The position numbers and the translations under genes are program-made. Below are positions 49,258-58,615 of a DNA stretch of 64,000 bases, piece after piece. The stretch is from NCBI GenBank assembly GCA_965248475.1, contig OZ252106.1, forward strand, positions 101,099-165,098, written 5' to 3'. Within the stretch, counting starts at the first letter, position 1. The number at the start of each line of letters is the position of its first letter. The notes under the pieces were generated by a model. That model made no database searches. It was not told the DNA's origin and worked only from the letters and a program-made list of their open reading frames with translations. This DNA comes from Dehalococcoidia bacterium. Its GTDB lineage: Bacteria > Chloroflexota > Dehalococcoidia > Lucifugimonadales > G965248475.

Positions 49258-51747
49258 TTAACATGCACCTTCACCCCACACCCTCCCTATCACATCCTGA
49301 ATCTTCTTCTCGAACCGGGTGATCAGTTCACGGTTGGCGTCTACGAGGGCTTGCTCGGCTTCAATATTGGCAACTACAGTCTGCTGGGTCTCGAGAGGAG
49401 GGAGAGGGATTACCGTGCTAAATAGCTGTGAGCGGTTGATCTTGGGAATGCTGGCTCGCTCATAGTGCTGACGTATGCTTGCATTGAATAGTTCAGACAG
49501 CATATATGTGGCAAGATACTCAACTTGCACCCTGGACCCATCCGGAAGCAGAGGGTACATGTCAGAGCTGCAGTAGCCTTGAAGATCAACAACTGCTAGC
49601 TTGTTCAGGTACGGCCGAATCTTGCTGTAGAGAAGGCGTTGGCCAGTGAATTCATGGACGGGGCCTATCATCCCCTGCGTTTGCGCTGACACAAGTTTCA
49701 GAATCTTTCCCGTGTTTGATTCGATACTGTCAGCGCCAATATAGGGAAGCGTTGGATCGATGTCCTTCGTGACACCTCCCGCCAAAGAACAAATTTCACC
49801 CAATGCCACCATCGGCCACTCAGGGTCAATAGCGATCCGCGGGCGGTAGTTGTCGACGACGGCCCGTGCCCCGTCAATGACCTTTTGGTAGCTCTCGATC
49901 TCGGCGACGATCTCCTTTTGCACGTCCAGCGGAGGGAGTGGGATTTGGAACTGTTCCACGAAAGCTCGTGGTACTCGCTGAAGTCCTCCGGTTCCGGTCA
50001 TTTGAGCAATTCCGGAATCCCGAAATTGGGAGTGCGTGACACAAAAATATATCCATTCGGGCAGAGCCAACTCAGCTGGTCGTAGCACATGGAATTCACT
50101 GGAGCCAAAGCCGATACCGTTCGAGAGGCCGTGTGCAATGCCGGCTTTGCCATTTTCAAAACACGGCGTTACCTTTGCCAGCAGGACATCACCATTTGTA
50201 AAGTAGGTGTAGCTTGCCGAGACTTCTGAAAGAACTTTCTCCTGACGAGGCTGGAACGTAATCCTTTGTTCATTCAGGTCAGCCATCGGAACGAAGGAGA
50301 CTATAGTCGTTGGTTCAAGGCCTGCTAATTCGCTCTTGCGAGGATTGATCAAGCAAACGTCTCCCATGGCGAGCAACGGGAAATGGCTGCTACTCGAACC
50401 ACTTTCCCGATACCGCTCGCCACTAAGGCTGTAATCTACACCCTCGGCGACTCGTTCCTTCTTGACAATGAGCCCCATCTCAGGGTGGAAGTCGTCCATA
50501 GCCTCACCTGAGCGCAGACGGCGCAGGTACTCGCCAAGTTCAGCTTGAACTTTGGGCAGGTCGTTTTGGTCGATGGGACGGCGCTGGGCACCCAGGTCGA
50601 AGCCGTCCTTTTCTACCTTGAAAAAGGCGATGTGGTCTGTTTTTTTGGCCAGCGCCTTGTCTAGGATAAGTATGGATGTCTTGACGCCGGAGTAGGGGTT
50701 GAATACGCCCGCCGGGATGGAGACAATGGCCACCAAGTAGTCTTCAACGAGCATCTTGCGGAGCTGTTGGTGAGCGTTCTGGCTCTGGAAGATGATGCCT
50801 TCGGGCACGATGATTCCAGCGCGGCCAGCCGGGGTTAGGTGCTCTGCCATGTAGTCGACGAACAGCACTTCGCTGCGCTTGGACTGCACCGAGAAGCGGT
50901 TGTGGGGCCGGATGCCGCCTTTCGGCGACATGAAAGGCGGGTTGGCTAGAATGACGTTGGCGTACTCGTTCCAGCGTTCGTCGCTGGTGAGGGTGTCGTA
51001 CTCGAAGATCTGGGGAGCGACGAAGCCGTGGAGGTACATGTTGACCAAAGACAGGCGCACCATGTCCGGTGAGATGTCGTAGCCCTTGAAGTTGACGGCC
51101 AGCCGCCCCCGGTCATCGGGAGTAAGTGTGCTGTTGCCTTCGGCATTGGTGTTGGCGGCTAGAATGTGCTTGTATGACGAGATGAGGAAACCGGCGGTGC
51201 CACAGGCCGGGTCCAACACTACGTCATCCTTCTTCGGGTCCACGACGGCAGCGATGAAGTCGATGATGTGCCGTGGTGTGAGGAACTGTCCCGCGTCACC
51301 CTGGGAGCCCAGGACGGAGAGCAGGTACTCGAAGGCGTCGCCCAGCCGCTCGGAGTGATCGTAGGTGAACCCGTCGATGACTTTCAGGAATGCGCGGAGG
51401 GTCTCCGGGTCGCGGTACGGTAGATAGGCGTTGTTGAAGATGTCCCGGAACAGCGATGGGATGCCGGGGTTCTCCGGCATCCTCGTGATGGCCTCGGCGT
51501 ACAGGTTCAGGGTCTCGTGTCCGCCAAGGCCCGGATGCATCAACTTGGCCCAGCCGTAGCGGGCGAAGCCGTCGGCAAAGAACTTCCTTTGTCCGCCCAG
51601 TTCTTCGCTTTCGGCGTCCAGGTCATCCATGAACTTGTAGATGAGGGTGATGGTGATCTGTTCCACTTGGCTCTTGGGATCAGGCACCTTGCCCACCAGG
51701 ATGTCCCGGGCGGTGTCTATTCGGCGTTTGGTGTCGGCGTCTAACAT
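49258..51747 (-). CDS. hsdM: type I R-M methyltransferase fused to a two-TRD specificity subunit (HsdM::HsdS)
   Basis: N6-adenine MTase motifs LDPACGTAGFL (I) and NPPF (IV) in the first ~440 aa. The C-terminal ~390 aa has two target-recognition domains separated and terminated by conserved helices (...LPPLDVQKEIVAEIE... / ...LPPLETQQTVVANIE...). Confidence 0.9.
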   Translation of the reverse strand: MLDADTKRRIDTARDILVGKVPDPKSQVEQITITLIYKFMDDLDAESEELGGQRKFFADGFARYGWAKLMHPGLGGHETLNLYAEAITRMPENPGIPSLFRDIFNNAYLPYRDPETLRAFLKVIDGFTYDHSERLGDAFEYLLSVLGSQGDAGQFLTPRHIIDFIAAVVDPKKDDVVLDPACGTAGFLISSYKHILAANTNAEGNSTLTPDDRGRLAVNFKGYDISPDMVRLSLVNMYLHGFVAPQIFEYDTLTSDERWNEYANVILANPPFMSPKGGIRPHNRFSVQSKRSEVLFVDYMAEHLTPAGRAGIIVPEGIIFQSQNAHQQLRKMLVEDYLVAIVSIPAGVFNPYSGVKTSILILDKALAKKTDHIAFFKVEKDGFDLGAQRRPIDQNDLPKVQAELGEYLRRLRSGEAMDDFHPEMGLIVKKERVAEGVDYSLSGERYRESGSSSSHFPLLAMGDVCLINPRKSELAGLEPTTIVSFVPMADLNEQRITFQPRQEKVLSEVSASYTYFTNGDVLLAKVTPCFENGKAGIAHGLSNGIGFGSSEFHVLRPAELALPEWIYFCVTHSQFRDSGIAQMTGTGGLQRVPRAFVEQFQIPLPPLDVQKEIVAEIESYQKVIDGARAVVDNYRPRIAIDPEWPMVALGEICSLAGGVTKDIDPTLPYIGADSIESNTGKILKLVSAQTQGMIGPVHEFTGQRLLYSKIRPYLNKLAVVDLQGYCSSDMYPLLPDGSRVQVEYLATYMLSELFNASIRQHYERASIPKINRSQLFSTVIPLPPLETQQTVVANIEAEQALVDANRELITRFEKKIQDVIGRVWGEGAC

Positions 51748-51755
51748 GAGAATCT

Positions 51756-54284
51756 CTACGAAACGAACTGGTTCAACGAGACGTAATCCTTGACGTACTC
51801 GGGAACGAGCGTCCGGTATTCTTGCGGTACGGCGCGGTAGTCTCCAATGGAGAAAATGGCGTTGGTAGCCAGGTCGGTGAACTGTCCGGCATCAACTATG
51901 TGGCGAGTGAGATCACTGGTGACATAGGCTTTGATGGCTGGAATCGACTGGGCTGCTTCCGGCTTGTGGTCAGCGACGAACTTATCGAACTCCTCCTCCA
52001 GCAGATCGTCCTTGGACTTGAAGCCAGGAATGAGGTCGAAGACCTTTTCCAGGATTTCTCGGAGTGTCACCCGGCGTTCCACGGCTGCGGCTTTCCGCAG
52101 CTTGTCCAGGGTGTAGTACTCCTCAGGTCTGTCGAAGACCTCCCGATTCACGTAGTCGATAACGCGGTCCCATTGTCCGGCCTCGACAGCGTTCTTGACG
52201 GTGTCATCGTCGCGCACCGTGTCAGCGAACCGGTCGAACAGCATCCGGTCGATCTTCATCCACTCGTAGCCGATGGTTTCTTCCCTGATGGTCGAGAGGA
52301 TGTCTGTACCAAGGTGCTCGTATGAGTAGATCAGTGTCGGTGGTTGGTCATCGTCTTCACTTTCACCACTGTCCTGAGTGAGTCGTGGCCGTGGCAGCTT
52401 GAGCACCTGGTCGTAGTTGAATTCGGTCTCGAAGTATTCGCAGTTCCCGAAGAAGTCGAAGAGTTTGAACGCGGTCTTCTCTGGCTGGTCCACACTCTCG
52501 GCGATGCCTGAGTCGAATAGCTGCTCCAAGAAGCTGTGCTTGCGTGTGCCCCGGCCCTTTATCTGAACGAAGTCCGTAGGTGAGAAGACGGGCCGGAAAA
52601 GGCCGAGGTTTAGGATGTCGGTACAGTCGTAGCCCGTGGTCATCATCCCGACGGTTACGCAGACCCGCGCCTTGCTGGTGTGGTAGGAAGGCAGGAAGTT
52701 ATCTCGACCACTCAGGTTGTTGTTGGCGAAGTTTATGGTGAACTGCTGGGCGTCCGAAATCTGCGAAGTGACCTGCACGGCGAAGTCAGACCGGTACTTG
52801 CCCGGAAACATAACATCGGCCATCTCGTTGAGAGTCTGCGTTAACCTGGCTGCGTGGTTTTGGCTTACAGCAAAGACTATGGACTTGCCTATCTCGCTAC
52901 TGATAGGATCCCGTAGCGCATTCTCTAGGAACGTCTTGCAGAGGACTTGATTGGTAGCATCGGAGAAGAAGCGTTTCTCAAACTCCCGTTGATTGAAAGT
53001 CTCTTCCTGTTCATCCCCGGTATCATCAGTAAAAGCGGCGTGGAAACCCTCTTCGGCTAGCAGTTGGGTGGTCACGTCAGTACGCGCGTCAACAACGGTG
53101 GGACTGATCAGATAGCCGCCCTTCACTCCGTCTAGCAGGGAGTACCTGAAAGTTGGCTGCCCGCTCTCGCAACCGAAGGTGCGGTAGGTGTCGAGCAACA
53201 ATCTACGTTCAGCCTCACGGGGGTCGTGAATGTTGGAAGCGGTCCTGCTGAAGCCACTTAGATAGTCTCTCGGAGTCGCAGTAAGACCGAGCTTGTAGCC
53301 GACGAAGTAGTCAAACACAGCGCGAGCGTTGCCGCTGATGGTGCGGTGCGCCTCATCAGAGATCACCAGGTCGAAGTCCGTTGGCGAGAATAGCGTCTGG
53401 TATTTGTTGTTGAACATCAAGGACTGGACAGTGGTGACAACAATCTCCGCTGAACGCCAATCGTCGCGCTTCTCTTTGTAATTGACCGTTCCATAGTCCG
53501 CTGAGAGTAGGGCATTGAAAACCTTCCTAGCCTGCTCCTCAAGCTCAAGGCGGTCCACGAGGAACAGTACACGAGAGGCATTGCTGGATCGAAGGAACAA
53601 CTTGACGACGGCCGCAGCGGTGAGCGTCTTCCCGGTACCTGTGGCCATCTCGAACAGGAAGCGGTCGATGCCGTCTTTCACCGCCCGCTGCAACGAGTGA
53701 ACGGCCCTTAGCTGGTAGTCTCGGAGAAAACGCAGGTTGTTGGAACGAATGAAGCCGGATCGCTCAGCCTCGTTCTTCCATGCAGCCTCGGAGGCGTAGC
53801 TGGGCCGCTGGCTGAGAACGATGTAGTCGGCTTGGACCTGCTCGTCGGTCAAACGTTTTGGGTCCGGCATGACCCTGCCGTAACCAGTGATCGACTCCGG
53901 TGTCGGGAACGAGGCGACAATGTTCGGGTTGCCCCGCTCCAAGTCCCAGAAGTAGTGCAGGTTGCCGTTTGAGAGGATGACGAACCGGCAGTTCTGCGAC
54001 CTAGCGTACTTCCGTGCCTGCTCCTTTCCCACCAAAGGCTGCTTATCCTCGGACTTCGCCTCCAGCACGATGAACGGGAATCCCCTGGAGTCTAGTAATA
54101 GAAAGTCGATGAAGCCATTGGAGGTCTTCTCGAAGTCCTCGCCAAGCGCGTCGAGTTCAGTCTGGTTGGTGGCAACGCTGGCTTCAAGCCGGACGTTGGC
54201 GGCTTTGTCACCTTCCGAGAAGAAGTGCCAGCCCGCTCTCTCCAGCAGTCTGTTGATCTTTATCCGTGCTGTAGCTTCGTTCAT
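51756..54284 (-). CDS. hsdR: type I restriction endonuclease subunit R (COG4096-like, EcoEI-R C-terminal domain)
   Basis: N-terminal PD-(D/E)xK region (MNEATARIKINRLLERAGW...VLEAKS). Helicase motifs ATGTGKT and DEAH (VISDEAHR). 8-nt gap to hsdM::S. Confidence 0.9.
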   Translation of the reverse strand: MNEATARIKINRLLERAGWHFFSEGDKAANVRLEASVATNQTELDALGEDFEKTSNGFIDFLLLDSRGFPFIVLEAKSEDKQPLVGKEQARKYARSQNCRFVILSNGNLHYFWDLERGNPNIVASFPTPESITGYGRVMPDPKRLTDEQVQADYIVLSQRPSYASEAAWKNEAERSGFIRSNNLRFLRDYQLRAVHSLQRAVKDGIDRFLFEMATGTGKTLTAAAVVKLFLRSSNASRVLFLVDRLELEEQARKVFNALLSADYGTVNYKEKRDDWRSAEIVVTTVQSLMFNNKYQTLFSPTDFDLVISDEAHRTISGNARAVFDYFVGYKLGLTATPRDYLSGFSRTASNIHDPREAERRLLLDTYRTFGCESGQPTFRYSLLDGVKGGYLISPTVVDARTDVTTQLLAEEGFHAAFTDDTGDEQEETFNQREFEKRFFSDATNQVLCKTFLENALRDPISSEIGKSIVFAVSQNHAARLTQTLNEMADVMFPGKYRSDFAVQVTSQISDAQQFTINFANNNLSGRDNFLPSYHTSKARVCVTVGMMTTGYDCTDILNLGLFRPVFSPTDFVQIKGRGTRKHSFLEQLFDSGIAESVDQPEKTAFKLFDFFGNCEYFETEFNYDQVLKLPRPRLTQDSGESEDDDQPPTLIYSYEHLGTDILSTIREETIGYEWMKIDRMLFDRFADTVRDDDTVKNAVEAGQWDRVIDYVNREVFDRPEEYYTLDKLRKAAAVERRVTLREILEKVFDLIPGFKSKDDLLEEEFDKFVADHKPEAAQSIPAIKAYVTSDLTRHIVDAGQFTDLATNAIFSIGDYRAVPQEYRTLVPEYVKDYVSLNQFVS

Positions 54285-54312
54285 GTTTGATCTGACTCAC
54301 AGACGTGGATGG

Positions 54313-54720
54313 CTATTCGCTCTCGAATGGATTTTGCAGCTCGGCTTCAAGTTGACTGAAGTCACCGACGTTCCTGGTGACCACCGTCAACCTGTTCACG
54401 ATGGCCGTCGCCGCAATCATGGCGTCCTCGGTTATGGTCTCTGACCTACCGTGCATGAGCCGCGCCCATTCCCGGAAGGCAGGGGCATCCATCGACAATA
54501 CACCAAATGAAGCTAGAACCTTGTCCAGCCAGGCCTCCAGCTCATCTGCCTTTGCTTCATCCCGCTCACGAGTGATCTCGATCCCGGCCTGTATCTCACC
54601 GACCGTAACCGCAGATACGTAGAGCTGCTCCGCTGGCACACCCGCGATCCACTCCAGGACCGCACCATGTGGACGGGGACGACGTAGCTCTGAGACCACG
54701 TTGGTATCGAGGAGGTACAT
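54313..54720 (-). CDS. vapC: VapC/FitB-type PIN-domain toxin
   Basis: MYLLDTNVVSELRR...TRNVGDF... PIN acidic residues are in place. Confidence 0.9.
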   Translation of the reverse strand: MYLLDTNVVSELRRPRPHGAVLEWIAGVPAEQLYVSAVTVGEIQAGIEITRERDEAKADELEAWLDKVLASFGVLSMDAPAFREWARLMHGRSETITEDAMIAATAIVNRLTVVTRNVGDFSQLEAELQNPFESE

Positions 54721-54724
54721 AGGC

Positions 54725-54985
54725 CTACCCCATGACCGAAGGCGTTCGGTGGCGATGCCTCACGCGCGTCAGAGTAAGCTCTTCGGTCCGCGCTTCCGAG
54801 GCGAGGAGCAGCTCTTTCAGGTCCGGCCTGGTCATCTTCTCCAACCTACGCCACTGCTTGATGGGAAGGACTACAGCAACTTCCACACCACGCTTGGTCA
54901 CGATCTGCGGCCCTTCGGCCAGGGTGGTATCGAGGAGCTCGCTGAACCTCGACTTGGCGTCCTGAACCGGCCATCTCTTGCTCAT
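54725..54985 (-). CDS. Phd/YefM-family antitoxin
   Basis: WPVQDAKSRFSELLDTTLAEGPQIVTKRGVEVAVVLPIKQW... 4-nt gap to vapC. Confidence 0.85.
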   Translation of the reverse strand: MSKRWPVQDAKSRFSELLDTTLAEGPQIVTKRGVEVAVVLPIKQWRRLEKMTRPDLKELLLASEARTEELTLTRVRHRHRTPSVMG

Positions 54986-55353
54986 GGTTCACCCCAGTTG
55001 CAATTACGCTGACTAGCTATCAAACTAGACTAAAAATACTGGGATGTCAACAAGAGTGTTCCTATGCACTTGGGATTTGGCCGCGCTGCGTGACACTCGC
55101 TACACGCGGTTACCCCTTCAACTGCCCATATTGCAAAATGTCCCGGTCAGCTACGCCGATTGTCCCATACCCTTGGTTCCGCATTGTGCAACTTGCTCCT
55201 GTTGAAGCCGGCACGTGTACAGCCAGCCACGACAGCTCCTAAACTGTAGGGTGTCAGCGCAATTGGACACTATTGAGGCCTAGAAAACCGAAGAGGTTGG
55301 GGGTGGTAGAGGCTCCTTCAGAGGGGTAGATTAACCCTAAGTGGAAGGAGTCA

Positions 55354-55788
55354 TTGATGACCCAGGTAGAGGATCAGGCCAGTCAAGCTGAGGAGCGAAG
55401 CCAGGAGACACGAAGCTTCGTGCGTCAGGTCCGTGCAGCGACCCGCCGTAAGTATACCCCTGAAGAGAAGATCCGCATCGTCTTGGAGGGGTTCGGACGG
55501 GAGACTGCCGTTAATGACCTGTGCCGACGGGAAAGAATCAAACCCCACTCCTACTACGCCTGGACGAAGGAGTTTATGGAAGCTGGGAAGGAGAGGTTGA
55601 CTCGGGACAGTGTGCGTGATGCGACCCGGCAAGAGATAGAGCAGCTCAAGCGGGAGAACAGTGAACTGAAGCAGCTGGTGGGTGAGTTGTCCCTGGAGTT
55701 GCACCGCTTCAAAAAACAGCTCTGCCGCCCCTACACGACAACGGCACCAGCGCATGAGCGTAGTGGAACAGTCGAAGGTCGTGGCTGA
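55354..55788 (+). CDS. IS3-family transposase OrfA (HTH + leucine zipper)
   Basis: RRKYTPEEKIRIVLEG...HSYYAWTKEF...EIEQLKRENSELKQLVGELSLEL. A-rich slippery-like run TTCAAAAAAC near 55700. Confidence 0.75.
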   Translation: MMTQVEDQASQAEERSQETRSFVRQVRAATRRKYTPEEKIRIVLEGFGRETAVNDLCRRERIKPHSYYAWTKEFMEAGKERLTRDSVRDATRQEIEQLKRENSELKQLVGELSLELHRFKKQLCRPYTTTAPAHERSGTVEGRG

Positions 55789-56599
55789 GGTGGAGCGACA
55801 TGGTAGAGGGAAGAACAGGCGACTCAGGGAGCTTGGCATTTCCAGGAGCACGTATTATTGGTGGAGGTGGAGGCACCGGCAGGGTAGTTGGTAGGGTACG
55901 GAAGGAACTGAGAGGCCTTGGAATCGCCTGCGTCTAGAAGAGGAGGCAGTAGTGCTGGCGGCAGCCCGTGAGATGCCGACCTGGCGAAGCCGGCAGTTGG
56001 CAGCTTGGCTCACCGACCACCGAGGCCTATCGGTCTCCGCCTCCACAGTCTATCGTATCCTGAGACGGGAGGGTCTGGTGAAACGGATCGAATACCAGTT
56101 GGCAGCGGGCAAAGAGTACCAGCACAAGACCACAGGGCCCCACCAGCTGTGGGCCACCGATGCCTCCTACTTCCGTGTAGTGGGATGGGGCTACTACTAC
56201 CTCGTGACTGTGATGGACGACTACTCCCGGTTCATCTTGGCGTGGAAGGTGCAACGGGACATGACGGCCGACTCCCTCATAGAGGTGGTCCAGGAAGCTG
56301 TTGACTCTACTGGTATGACTGATGTACCTCTGGAGGATCGGACCAAGCCCCTCTCAGATAATGGCTCAGGTTATGTATCGCGGGCCTTCCGCGAGTACAT
56401 GCGGGTGGTGGGCATTCGCCACGTCCTGGCAGCACCCTATCACCCTCAGACCAACGGGAAGCTGGAGAGATATCACCTAATCCTGAAAGACGACATTAAC
56501 CAGGTGCCATACGAGGTGGTGGAAGACCTGGAGGCGGCCATCCGGGACTTCGTCGAGTTCTACAACTACCGAAGATATCATCCAGCGAGAGACTTTTGA
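55682..56599 (+). pseudogene. IS3-family transposase OrfB with in-frame TAG and deleted C-terminus
   Basis: ...LRELGISRSTYYWWRWRHRQGSW*GTEGTERPWNRL... (TAG 55892-55894). The rve core follows: HQLWATDASYFRVVGWGYYYLVTVMDDYSRFILAW...SDNGSGYVS...PQTNGKLERYH. The frame is lost after ...YNYRRYH. Confidence 0.75.
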
Positions 56600-56701
56600 C
56601 CGGCGGAGGCAGTACAATCAGGAGGTCAGAGAAACCCTCAAACCAGGAGCTTCTTCACCCCAATCTCTCGGACCCGGAACTGTCCAAAACCGCTGACACC
56701 C

Positions 56702-56955
56702 AACAGACCTCGAGGAGGCAATCGCCGCTTTTGTGGGCTACTACAACCACAAGCGCTATCACATGGCCCTGGGCAACGTCACGCCTGCTGACGTGCTCAA
56801 CGGGAGGCGGGAGCAGATCCTACAACGGAGGAAGGAGGTGCAGGTCCACACGATCGAACGGAGAAGACGCTATAACAGGACCCTCAAGGAGCTCGCCCGA
56901 CACTCCTCATATCAATAACCTTCTCGGGTCTCAAAGTGTCCCACTTTTGCTGATT
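56702..56955 (+). mobile_element. 3' remnant of a second, related IS3-family copy
   Basis: Encodes only the transposase tail ...AIAAFVGYYNHKRYHMALGNVTPADVLNGRREQILQRRKE...RRRRYNRTLKE, followed by an IRR-like ...GTCCCACTTTTGCTGA. Abuts the right IR of the preceding element. Confidence 0.55.
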
Positions 56956-57122
56956 GACTCTATGGGTGGGTCTATTTTGTCATCGTGCGGAGCGGACTCA
57001 CACCAATAATTTCTAACCCCCTTTGCCTTCGGGAGTCGAGCTCCTTGCAATTGACAAGTGGCTAATCCTACTCCGGAGATCTGGGCGGGATTCTGTGACG
57101 ACAGTAGCGTCGGCGTGGATTC

Positions 57123-57947
57123 TCAATTGCTCCTCGGGGGAGCGTCGAGCATCTCGACCCGTACCTCCATTGCTCTGGGATATAGCGCCGGACCAAACTG
57201 GTTGAATATCGCCACGTCAGCCGCATCGCGCCCATAAGCGACGGCAACTCGCCCTCCACGTGGAACGGCCTGCGTTGCATCGAAGGTGTACCAACGGCCA
57301 CCTACGTACGCCTCGAACCAAGCGTGAAAATCCATCGGCTCGAGTTCGTGCAGATAGCCTACAACGATACGCGCTGGGATACAGAGACTGCGGGATAACG
57401 CGATGCCCAAATGAGCGAGCTCGCGGCATACGCCCTCGCGTTGCTGGTTGACCTCGACTGCCGACATCTGAAAATTGCTAGAATCTGGATTGAAGCGCAC
57501 GGAGGTGCGGATCCACCCTACAATTCTAGCCACTTGATCGTAGCCGGGCTCGACGCCGTCTACGAGTTCCCTACCGAGGTCTATAAACCGGTCGGACTCG
57601 CAATAACGGCTGGGAAGAAGATAGGTTAGAACCTCGTCCGGTAGATTCTGCACCTCGTCAAATGGCGCGCCAGGCGACACGTCAATGCCGTCTGCGGTTG
57701 AAACGTCCGCAGATCTACGGATAGAAAACTCACCTGGGGGTGCTATCAATCGCTCGCACAGATTACCGTAACTGTCCGCATACTCTGTGATCGGTACGCT
57801 TGGCGTCAACGTGCAGTCTTCGTGCGCCACCCGCTGATGTGCTCCGCTTCGAGGGCGGAGCATCAGGATAAAAGGCGTAGGGACGCTTACATCAAAGGTA
57901 ATATCACAACTTGTACGAAGCCACATTGCGATTCCCTTACTTGTCAA
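57123..57947 (-). CDS. transglutaminase-like cysteine protease family protein (paralog B)
   Basis: Core Cys/His/Asp candidates GVCRELAH...FHAWFEAY...YTFDAT. The N-terminal region resembles Bact_transglu_N. Confidence 0.85.
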   Translation of the reverse strand: MTSKGIAMWLRTSCDITFDVSVPTPFILMLRPRSGAHQRVAHEDCTLTPSVPITEYADSYGNLCERLIAPPGEFSIRRSADVSTADGIDVSPGAPFDEVQNLPDEVLTYLLPSRYCESDRFIDLGRELVDGVEPGYDQVARIVGWIRTSVRFNPDSSNFQMSAVEVNQQREGVCRELAHLGIALSRSLCIPARIVVGYLHELEPMDFHAWFEAYVGGRWYTFDATQAVPRGGRVAVAYGRDAADVAIFNQFGPALYPRAMEVRVEMLDAPPRSN

Positions 57948-58093
57948 AACGACGTTATCTGCTGGCTATGGTCCGGTGTTACAGGGCACTCGGGTGCAAG
58001 ATCCGAAGGTGATGCATGCATCTTGGGCTCCAGGAATCGAAGAAGTCGTGGAGCACCAGGGTGTTGAGATAATAGACTGGTCCTGGTGTAACT

Positions 58094-58615
58094 CTACTGC
58101 TGTACGAAACGTCGATAGACCTCTTCCTCGGAAAGCGGTCCCTTTCGGAACCACAGGTTTTCAACCACTCCGGAGGCAGCAGCCATCTGCGTTAAATGGT
58201 CGCTAATTAGCTCGTGGGCACCTGCGGGATCTTCGATCGACGGCTTCGACTCATCAATTGTGGCACAGACAATATTCAACGCTTGGATTAATTCCAACGG
58301 TGCGACCTGGTTGGCATTATCTCGGGCCCGCTCAATGCTTGCGTACACTGAATTTGTACTTCGTTCCCGAAGCAGCGCATCCAGAAGATCGCCTGTACCC
58401 TCTACCGAGACCCTGAATCCTTCGGCAACCGTTTGAAGCCCACTCTGAAAGGTGGGGCCGTCGGTGCGCAGCGCCAGCAACGCCGCGGTATCAATTGCCC
58501 GCAACATTGAGTCGGCTCTCTCCATCCATCTTCCCAGCCAAATAAGGTTATAGACACGTGAGTCAATTATCCAAGGATTGGTTGTGCTGCTGACTGAGCG
58601 TGGGTCGGTTGTCAT
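58094..58615 (-). CDS. short alpha-E-domain-like protein (173 aa)
   Basis: RVYNLIWLGRWMERADSMLRAIDT matches the alpha-E N-terminal helix motif (W.GRY.ERA). About half the length I expect for this family. Its start overlaps the upstream gene's stop (ATGA). Confidence 0.7.
   Translation of the reverse strand: MTTDPRSVSSTTNPWIIDSRVYNLIWLGRWMERADSMLRAIDTAALLALRTDGPTFQSGLQTVAEGFRVSVEGTGDLLDALLRERSTNSVYASIERARDNANQVAPLELIQALNIVCATIDESKPSIEDPAGAHELISDHLTQMAAASGVVENLWFRKGPLSEEEVYRRFVQQ

Larger units (their letters stand above)
55249..56701 (+). mobile_element. defective IS3-family element
   Basis: Terminal IRs GGGTGTCAGCGCAATTGGACAC... (left) and ...GTCCAAAACCGCTGACACCC (right). The transposase carries an in-frame TAG and a C-terminal deletion/frameshift. 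Confidence 0.75.
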
